From: Candidatus Latescibacterota bacterium
GTDB taxonomy: Bacteria; Latescibacterota; UBA2968; UBA8231
Length of the DNA stretch: 64,000 nucleotides
NCBI GenBank assembly: GCA_965204725.1
Contig: OZ242005.1
Coordinates: forward strand, 480,001-544,000
Reading direction: 5' to 3'
A model generated the notes under the pieces. That model was not told the origin of the DNA. It searched no databases and saw only the letters and a list, made by a program, of their open reading frames with translations. Shown one piece after another: positions 57,179 through 64,000 of this stretch (position 1 is its first letter; each line of letters begins with the position of its first letter). Made by a program: the position numbers and the translations under genes.

Positions 57179-58851
57179 GCGTCGTCTTCCTCAGCTACAA
57201 TACCCGCGACCTGACTCGACAGGCCCTGAATTCTGTCCTCGCGGCCGCCGAGGGCCTAGAGACGGAGATATTCGTCGTTGACAATGCCTCGGCCGATGGC
57301 AGTGCCGACATGATCGCCGCGGAATTTCCGCAAGTGAAGCTGGTTTGCAACGAGGCCAATGTGGGGTTCTCGGCCGGCAACAACGTGGCCCTGCGGCAGG
57401 TGACCGGCGAATACGCGCTGCTGATCAATACCGATACCATCGTGCGCCGAGACGCGCTACACGCGATGGTAGAGTTCTTGGACGCGCACCCGGAAGCCGG
57501 GGCCTGCGGGTGCAAAATCCTCGACCCGGACGGAACCTTACAGCTCGACAGCCGCCGCGGCTTTCCCACCCCCTTGGCGGCCTTCTGCAAGATGTCGGGC
57601 CTGAGCCGCCTCTTTCCCAAGCACCCGCTCATGGCCCGCTACCACCTGACGCATCTCGACCCCGAGCAAACGGCCGAAATCGAGGTGCTGTCTGGGTCCT
57701 GCATGATGGTGCGCAAGGCGGCCATGGACCAAGTCGGCCTGCTCGACGAGGATTACTTCATGTACGGCGAGGACATCGACTGGTGCTATCGCTTCCACCA
57801 AGCCGGCTGGAAGATCTACTACCTGCCGACGACCGCGATCATCCACTTCCGCGGCGAGAGTGGCCGGGGAACGCCGCTGAAAATTCTCTATCGCAAGAGC
57901 CGCGCCATGTCAATTTTTGTCAACAAGCACATGGCGCGGCGCTACCGCTTCTTCCCGCTGTGGCTCTTGCAGGTGGGCATTGCCCTGCACGGGACGTTCC
58001 GCTTTCTCACGCGGGCGGCCCGCGCCTTGGCCCTGCCCCTGCTCGACGCCGGTTTGGTGCTCTGCGGCCTCAAGCTCGGTTTAACGGTGCGCTACCACCC
58101 AGAGCTGGTGCCCTTCATCTACCGCATTGAGCAGGTCGGCACCCTTTTCGGACTCGACGTCCAGCCGACGCGCTGGCTAGTTCCGCCTCCGTACTCGGAT
58201 TTGCAATGGGCGGCGGTGTACGGTGCTTCGACCTTGGTCTGGCTGTTGGCGTTTTACGCCTCGGGCCTGTACGATCGCCGCCGCTACTCAGTGGCGTGGT
58301 CGGTGGTGGGCGCGACGCTGGGGTTTGCCGCCATCGTGATGTTGGTCTTTTTCTTTAAGGGATACAACTTCTCGCGGCTGGCCGTGGTCTCGGCTTGGTT
58401 TTGCAACGTGCTGTTAGTCGCCGGTTGGCGCTTGGTTGCGCGGTGGTTTTTGCACCAGCGCGGCCGCGAGGGCCGGTTGCGCACCCTGCTGGTGGGAACC
58501 GATGCGGCGGCCGTGGATTTCGTCGAGCAATTAGAGCGGGCGGGTATGGCCCACTGCAATCTGATCGGCGTGGTGGGCGAGGTTCCCCAGCAGCGCGGTC
58601 GGCCACTGGCCGGTAGGCCGCTGGTCGGCCACGTCGGCGAGCTGGAGGAGCTGGTGAACGACTTTGCCATTGATCACCTCGTGTTCACGCCGAGTGCCAT
58701 GTCGTCGTTCTTGGAGCGGCCAGTACAGGCGTGGGAGGCGCGGGGCTTGCGCGTTAGCATGGTGCCGATTGCGTTTGCCGAGGTGGTTGCCGATCGCGGC
58801 GTCCGCGACTGCGCGCCGTTGCCCCTCGTGGAAGTTAGAACGGGCCGTTAA
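57169..58851 (+). CDS. GT2 glycosyltransferase fused to TM bundle and CoA-binding-like domain
   Basis: VVDNASADGS, GFSAGNN, YFMYGEDIDWC; then TMs, FSRL and RTLLVG as in WcaJ N-terminal regions; GTG start. Confidence 0.85.
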   Translation: MRLSVVFLSYNTRDLTRQALNSVLAAAEGLETEIFVVDNASADGSADMIAAEFPQVKLVCNEANVGFSAGNNVALRQVTGEYALLINTDTIVRRDALHAMVEFLDAHPEAGACGCKILDPDGTLQLDSRRGFPTPLAAFCKMSGLSRLFPKHPLMARYHLTHLDPEQTAEIEVLSGSCMMVRKAAMDQVGLLDEDYFMYGEDIDWCYRFHQAGWKIYYLPTTAIIHFRGESGRGTPLKILYRKSRAMSIFVNKHMARRYRFFPLWLLQVGIALHGTFRFLTRAARALALPLLDAGLVLCGLKLGLTVRYHPELVPFIYRIEQVGTLFGLDVQPTRWLVPPPYSDLQWAAVYGASTLVWLLAFYASGLYDRRRYSVAWSVVGATLGFAAIVMLVFFFKGYNFSRLAVVSAWFCNVLLVAGWRLVARWFLHQRGREGRLRTLLVGTDAAAVDFVEQLERAGMAHCNLIGVVGEVPQQRGRPLAGRPLVGHVGELEELVNDFAIDHLVFTPSAMSSFLERPVQAWEARGLRVSMVPIAFAEVVADRGVRDCAPLPLVEVRTGR

Positions 58852-58935
58852 GTGGGGCCGTGTTGATTTTTTGCCTTTATTTCCGTTACATACTTGGGGA
58901 CGCGAGCACATACTGCATATACTGGGAGAATAACC

Positions 58936-59637
58936 ATGTCTGAGAGGCGTTTGGCAGGCGGTCGGGAGATTGTGCTGCCGATGAGCAAAGCAGTAGAAAT
59001 TAGTTTTCGCAGCCTGAAAATTCGCTTTGGCCGCTCCCTGATCACCACCAGCGGCGTGGTGTTGGCGATTGCTTTTTTAATGTCCGTGTGGAGCAACAAC
59101 GAAATCGTCAGCAGCCTGCGCAGCGCAGACAAAAGCGAGATCAACTTACTCTTGCAAAAAAACGGCATTGAGACGGGCATCACCGAGGCCGGCGATGCTT
59201 CTGAGGAGGCTATGGGCCGCCTAGAGGAAGAGCGGTCTAAGCAGACTTGGCTGATCAGTCTGTCGCTCTTGGTCTGCGTCGTCGGCATTGCCAACGCCAT
59301 GTTGATGTCGGTGACCGAGCGGTTCCGCGAGATCGGCACCATGAAGTGCCTCGGGGCCTTAGACACCTTTATCGTCAAGCTCTTCCTCCTCGAATCGACC
59401 TTTCAGGGGCTGGCGGGGACTTCGGCCGGGGTCGTCATTGGCTTCGCGCTGACGCTCGGCTTGGCGCTGCTCGATTACGGCGGCTACACACTCGCCTATT
59501 TCCCGCTCGGCGGCATCGTCGAATCGGCCGGTTACGCCTTGGTGGTAGGGACCCTGCTTTCGTTGATCGGTGCCATGTTGCCGGCGTACCGCGCGGCCAA
59601 GATGGAGCCGGTCGAAGCCATGCGCTCCGACACTTGA
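58936..59637 (+). CDS. Small FtsX-like ABC permease
   Basis: RFGRSLIT TM, short loop, MSVTERFREIGTMKCLGA, PAYRAAKMEPVEAMR. Confidence 0.88.
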   Translation: MSERRLAGGREIVLPMSKAVEISFRSLKIRFGRSLITTSGVVLAIAFLMSVWSNNEIVSSLRSADKSEINLLLQKNGIETGITEAGDASEEAMGRLEEERSKQTWLISLSLLVCVVGIANAMLMSVTERFREIGTMKCLGALDTFIVKLFLLESTFQGLAGTSAGVVIGFALTLGLALLDYGGYTLAYFPLGGIVESAGYALVVGTLLSLIGAMLPAYRAAKMEPVEAMRSDT

Positions 59638-59658
59638 TTCCTCCAGAGGAGATTTGCA

Positions 59659-60435
59659 ATGACCGCAACCGCCCCGGGCGAGGTCGCCATTCAAGAACAA
59701 GAAGCGGAAAAACGCACCGTAGTACGGACCCAGCAGGTAAAGAAAATTTACTTGATGGGCGAGATTGAGGTTCACGCTCTGCGCGGAGTAGATATGGAGA
59801 TCTACACCGGCGAGTACCTGTCGATCATGGGGCCTTCGGGCTCGGGCAAGAGCACCTTCTTCAACATGGTCGGCGGCCTCGACAAACCCTCGGAGGGCAA
59901 GGTGTACATCGACGAGGTGGACGTCGCCCAGCTCGACGCTTACGAGCTGGCTTGGCTGCGCTGCCGCAAGATCGGCTACATCTTCCAGTCGTTCAACTTA
60001 ATCCCGGTGATGACCGCGCTCGAAAACGTCACCTTGCCGATGGTCTTTGCCGGCCTGACCAGCGACGAAGCCCGCGACAAGGGCATGGAGCTTTTGGTCA
60101 AGGTGGGTCTTGGCGAGCGGTACTCGCACAAGCCCTACGAGTTGTCGGGCGGCCAGCAGCAGCGCGTGGCCGTCGCCCGCGCCTTGGCCAACGACCCGGC
60201 CGTCGTCCTCGCTGACGAGCCGACGGCCAACCTCGACTTGCGCACCGGCACGGAGATTATCGAGCTGTTGCGCGAGATGAACCAAGACTCCGGCGTGACG
60301 GTCATCTCCGCGACCCACGACCACAAGATGCTCAGCGTCTCCGACCGCGTGGTGTGGGTCAAGGATGGCCAAGTTGATCACGTGCGCAAACGCGAAGACC
60401 TCGACATCGAAGTAACCCACGTAGAAGGCGAGTAG
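59659..60435 (+). CDS. LolD/MacB-type ABC ATPase
   Basis: GPSGSGKS, IGYIFQSFNL, LSGGQQQRVA, LADEPTANLD, ATHD. Confidence 0.93.
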   Translation: MTATAPGEVAIQEQEAEKRTVVRTQQVKKIYLMGEIEVHALRGVDMEIYTGEYLSIMGPSGSGKSTFFNMVGGLDKPSEGKVYIDEVDVAQLDAYELAWLRCRKIGYIFQSFNLIPVMTALENVTLPMVFAGLTSDEARDKGMELLVKVGLGERYSHKPYELSGGQQQRVAVARALANDPAVVLADEPTANLDLRTGTEIIELLREMNQDSGVTVISATHDHKMLSVSDRVVWVKDGQVDHVRKREDLDIEVTHVEGE

Positions 60436-61211
60436 TGCTGCCCGAATACCCGGCCGCCTTTTGGGTCTGCGCGGTGGGGGCGGTGCTCTTGATGGGGGTG
60501 GCCAAGGCCGGCTTTGGCGGCGGCATCGGCATTTTGGCTACCCCGCTTTTGGCGCTGATGGTTTCGGTGGCAGATGCGGCTGCGCTCTTGTTGCCGCTGT
60601 TGATCGCCTGCGATGTATTCGCCGTCCGGCACTACCGCCACACCTTCGACAAAACGAGCGTCCAACGGCTCCTGCCCGGTTCCGCTTTGGGAATCGGCGT
60701 CGGGGCCTTTTTTTTTGGCTACTTTAGCCAGCACGAGCGCGTTCTAGAGGTGGGCTTGGGCTGCTTGGCCTTGCTGTTTGTCGCGTTCCAGTTCGGGCGG
60801 GCGGCGGTTGTCGGGATCGTGCAAAAGCAGCGTCCGGGGCCGCTCGCCGGTGTGCTGATGGGCGCGGTCTCCGGCTTTACCTCGACGATTGCCCACGCCG
60901 GCGCGCCGCCGGTGGTCATTTACTTGCTGCCCCAGCAGTTACCGCGCCACTTCTTCGTCGGCACCACGGTCGTTTTCTTCGCCGCGCTCAACGTGCTCAA
61001 GCTGCCGCCCTATTGGGGCTTGGGGCTTTTCCACGCCGACATTTTTAAGACGACTTTGCTGCTCGCGCCGCTGGCGTACGTCGGGGTGAAGTTGGGGGTG
61101 TTTTTGAATCAGCGATTTAGCGATGTGTGGTTCAACCGAGTGGTGTATGGAATGTTGTTGGCGACGGCGGTGCAGTTGATTACTGGCAGGGGGATGGGTA
61201 GTGGGGGATAG
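60435..61211 (+). CDS. TauE/SafE sulfite exporter family protein
   Basis: GVAKAGFGGG, SGFTSTIAHAG.PP, NVLKLPPY. Confidence 0.85.
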   Translation: MLPEYPAAFWVCAVGAVLLMGVAKAGFGGGIGILATPLLALMVSVADAAALLLPLLIACDVFAVRHYRHTFDKTSVQRLLPGSALGIGVGAFFFGYFSQHERVLEVGLGCLALLFVAFQFGRAAVVGIVQKQRPGPLAGVLMGAVSGFTSTIAHAGAPPVVIYLLPQQLPRHFFVGTTVVFFAALNVLKLPPYWGLGLFHADIFKTTLLLAPLAYVGVKLGVFLNQRFSDVWFNRVVYGMLLATAVQLITGRGMGSGG

Positions 61212-61340
61212 GGTCTGTTTGTCCCTAGCGCGGCGGTGCATCAGTAGCCTCCCTCTGCTCGACGCCGTTTGCGGGACTAGATTTGCCTTGTTATGATCAA
61301 CACAATGAATTTACAGAAACAATGAAAAGGAGATGGCCCC

Positions 61341-61583
61341 GTGATTAAGTCAACTTTAACCGATAAATGGCAAACCACCATCCCGGCCGAAGTCCGCAGA
61401 GCACTCCACCTCAAGCCGCGGCAGCGGCTCATCTATGAGTTGGTTGACGGCGCCGTTTTGGTAAAGCCCCAGCCCGAAACGCTCAAGGATCTGTATGGCT
61501 GTCTTGCAGACGACAAACCATCTGCGTCCAAATCCGAGGAACGAGCGGCAGTGCGCCAAGTAAGAGCGGCACGATACGAATGA
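61341..61583 (+). CDS. AbrB/MazE-type antitoxin
   Basis: STLTDKWQTTIPAEVRRAL swapped-hairpin motif; overlaps the toxin start (ATGA). Confidence 0.85.
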   Translation: MIKSTLTDKWQTTIPAEVRRALHLKPRQRLIYELVDGAVLVKPQPETLKDLYGCLADDKPSASKSEERAAVRQVRAARYE

Positions 61584-61990
61584 CCAAATACCTCTTAGAC
61601 ACCAATGTCCTCCTCCGTTTTTTGCGCGGCGACGATGCTCAGCATTCCCCGGCCGCTCGGGCGCTGTTTTCGGACGCTTGCGATGGAAAATGCGTGCTGA
61701 TATTAACCGAAGTGGCCCTTGCCGAAGCGGTGTGGGTGCTTGATTCCTTCTACCAGACCGAGCGCGAACAGATTGCAGAATGGCTGCGTAAGGTCATCAT
61801 TAGTGCTGGAGTCCGCTGTGTGAAGCAAGATGAAATGCTCGATGCTTTGCTGCGCTTTGCTTCGACAAAATGCGACTTCTTGGACTGCTATCTGGCCGCC
61901 CTAGCTGCGGCATCCGGCGACCATATAGCGACATTTGATAGGGATTTTGACCGCTTTGACGACATCAAACGCTGGCAGTTCAAACGGTGA
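61580..61990 (+). CDS. PIN-domain (VapC-like) toxin
   Basis: LLDTNVL, EAVWV, DFLDCYL, TFDRDF acidic tetrad. Confidence 0.9.
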   Translation: MTKYLLDTNVLLRFLRGDDAQHSPAARALFSDACDGKCVLILTEVALAEAVWVLDSFYQTEREQIAEWLRKVIISAGVRCVKQDEMLDALLRFASTKCDFLDCYLAALAAASGDHIATFDRDFDRFDDIKRWQFKR

Positions 61991-62200
61991 TCGCTGTGAA
62001 CGTACTGCCAAAAGAGACAATGCGGAGTTAAAGAAATCCGGCGATGTAGCTTGCCGGGGCCGAGGCCCGGGGGCGCGCTGGCTTTTTCTTAAGAATAAGG
62101 GTAGTAATGCTTGAGTAAGGGGAGTAGTAAGGGTATTTACCAACTGGGCGAATCTCGCCTGAGTTTGCAGGACTAAGTTCTCAGTATTATGCTCAAGCCC

Positions 62201-63211
62201 ATGGCTACCCTATTCGTCACCGGCGGCGCCGGTTTCATTGGCTCCAATTTCATTCGCTACTGGCTAGCGACCTATCCCGACGACCGCATTGTCAACTACG
62301 ACCTACTCACCTACGCCGGCAATTTGGCCAGCCTCGCGGACGTGGAAGCGAGCTATGGCGACCGCTATACCTTTGTCCGCGGCGACATTCACAACGCCGA
62401 TTTGACCCGCCATCTCTTCGCGGTTCATCGCCCCGACTACGTGGTCAACTTTGCCGCGGAATCGCACAACAGCTTGGCCATTGTCAACCCCTCGGCCTTT
62501 TTCCAGACCAATGTCGTGGGGACGCAAAAGCTGTTGCAGGCTGCGGCCGACGCCCAAGTGCCGCGCTTCCACCACATTTCCACCTGCGAAGTGTACGGCG
62601 ACTTGGCCCTCGACGCGGGCGAGTCCTTTAGCGAGGAATCGCCGTACCGACCCCAAACCCCGTACAACGCGGCCAAGGCCGCCGCAGATCTGGCCGTGCG
62701 CGCTTATGGCCATACCTTTGGCCTGCCCGTGACGCTGTCGAATTGCGCCAACAACTTTGGCCCCTACCAATTCCCCGAAAAAGTCGTCCCCTTCTTTGTC
62801 GCCCGCCTGCTCACCGGCCAGAAGATGCCGCTGTACAAATCCAGCCAGAACCGCCGCGAGTGGCTCCACGTGGATGACCACTGCCGGGCCATCGACCTAG
62901 TGCTCAAAAAAGGCGAGCTGGGTCATACATACAACGTTGGCAGCGGCGTTGAAAAAGATGTCGAAACCATTGCCGACCTCATCCTCGACGCCTTGGGGAT
63001 GGACGCCGCGCACAAAACCTACGTCGATGATCGGCCCGGCCACGACCGCCGCTACCTACTCGACTCGACCAAAATCCGCACCCAGTTAGGTTGGGAACCC
63101 CAAGTCGATTTTGCCCGCGGCTTCCGCGATACGGTCCACTGGTACCGCGACCACGAAGCTTGGTGGCGTCCCTTGCTCAAGAAAATCCAAGTCCGCGAAG
63201 AGGGCTGGTAA
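62201..63211 (+). CDS. rfbB: dTDP-glucose 4,6-dehydratase
   Basis: VTGGAGFIGSNF, LTYAGN, FAAESH, ISTCEVYG, YQFPEK, DRPGHDRRY. Confidence 0.92.
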   Translation: MATLFVTGGAGFIGSNFIRYWLATYPDDRIVNYDLLTYAGNLASLADVEASYGDRYTFVRGDIHNADLTRHLFAVHRPDYVVNFAAESHNSLAIVNPSAFFQTNVVGTQKLLQAAADAQVPRFHHISTCEVYGDLALDAGESFSEESPYRPQTPYNAAKAAADLAVRAYGHTFGLPVTLSNCANNFGPYQFPEKVVPFFVARLLTGQKMPLYKSSQNRREWLHVDDHCRAIDLVLKKGELGHTYNVGSGVEKDVETIADLILDALGMDAAHKTYVDDRPGHDRRYLLDSTKIRTQLGWEPQVDFARGFRDTVHWYRDHEAWWRPLLKKIQVREEGW

Positions 63212-63227
63212 GACATGACGAGGCCGC

Positions 63228-64000
63228 ATGAGTACTGATTCCTTTGCAGCAATCGTCGGCGAGGCCGATGATGCGATCTACGAGGTCCGCACCCGCGCGC
63301 CCGGCCCCAGCGGCAAGCTGCCGCTGACCATAGAGCAAGTCGTAGAAGCGCCGAGCGGCCACATTTTTGGCTACAGCCAGAACGCGGGCATGGGCTGGAA
63401 CCCCGATGAATTGGGCCGGGGAGAATTCCTCATCGTCAGCACGCAGGGCGGCATCCGCGCCCCGGATGGCCGTCCGATCGCCTTGGGCTACCACACGGGC
63501 CACTGGGAAATCGGCCTGCTGATGGAGGCCGCGGCCGAGGAAATCCACCGCCGGGGCGGCATTCCTTTTGCCGCCTATTGCTCAGACCCGTGCGATGGTC
63601 GCTCGCAGGGGACGACGGGCATGTTCGATAGCCTGCCGTATCGCAACGACGCGGCCATGCTCCTGCGCCGCTTGATCCGCTCGTTGCCAACCCGCCGCGG
63701 CGTGATGGGCGTGGGGACCTGCGATAAGGGATTGCCCGCGGTTCTCATGGCCCTAGCCGGGACGCCCGACCTGCCGGTCATCGTCGTGCCGGGCGGGGTG
63801 ACGCTGCCGCCGGAGGAAGGCGAGGACGCGGGCACGATTCAGTCGGCGGGTTCGCGGCTGGCGCGGGGCGAGATGGATATTGACGATTTCCAGGTACTCG
63901 GCTGCCGGGCCTGCGCCACGCCGGGGGGCGGCTGTCAGTTTTTGGGGACTGCGGCCACGACCCAAGTCGTGGGCGAGGCGCTGGGGCTTTCGCTGCCGCA
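63228..64000 (+). CDS. YjhG/YagF-family D-xylonate dehydratase (IlvD/Edd family), runs off the window end
   Basis: Absent from the ORF track; hand translation gives [55 protein letters not shown]. Confidence 0.88.
   Translation, partial: MSTDSFAAIVGEADDAIYEVRTRAPGPSGKLPLTIEQVVEAPSGHIFGYSQNAGMGWNPDELGRGEFLIVSTQGGIRAPDGRPIALGYHTGHWEIGLLMEAAAEEIHRRGGIPFAAYCSDPCDGRSQGTTGMFDSLPYRNDAAMLLRRLIRSLPTRRGVMGVGTCDKGLPAVLMALAGTPDLPVIVVPGGVTLPPEEGEDAGTIQSAGSRLARGEMDIDDFQVLGCRACATPGGGCQFLGTAATTQVVGEALGLSLP

Noticed and set aside
1-64000. CRISPR array, tRNA, rRNA, prophage or retron/RT genes
   Set aside because: No regularly spaced repeats, cloverleaf or rRNA signatures, phage structural genes or RT motifs were seen.

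Overview
GC-rich bacterial chromosomal segment. Gene content (futalosine menaquinone genes, sulfatase, DUF5916, sugar oxidoreductases, DUF6785-like transporter) suggests an FCB-group organism such as Ca. Latescibacterota; this is inference only. It carries about 55 CDS. Most are housekeeping or catabolic: hisE/hisG, mqnB/mqnD, purM, the rsfS-mtnA-SPOR-mltD-mreD-mrdA-rodA cluster, parA, mazG, ppk2, glycosyltransferases with rfbB/rfbD, and a xylonate-dehydratase-like gene running off the right end. Three IS elements (one IS630, two IS5-family) have readable terminal inverted repeats. A decayed low-GC defence islet at ~18.5-23.3 kb holds a PIN-toxin stub, a decapitated type IIG-like R-M gene, an IS-split HNH nuclease and a DprA/SLOG protein. 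The main candidate for an undescribed system is a 2086-aa fusion of a pseudo-M28 peptidase, an FtsX/MacB permease and a DUF6785/6784-like transporter. It has a switch-like leader and a possible partner mini-permease plus ATPase 28 kb away. Other leads are a coiled-coil membrane protein plus vWA cassette, a structured ncRNA candidate, a small membrane protein behind a LexA-like box, a ParA plus sensor-less sigma54 activator pair, and an apparent window-wide CCWGG depletion scar. No rRNA, tRNA or CRISPR array was seen. All family calls come from motif recognition by eye; no searches were run.
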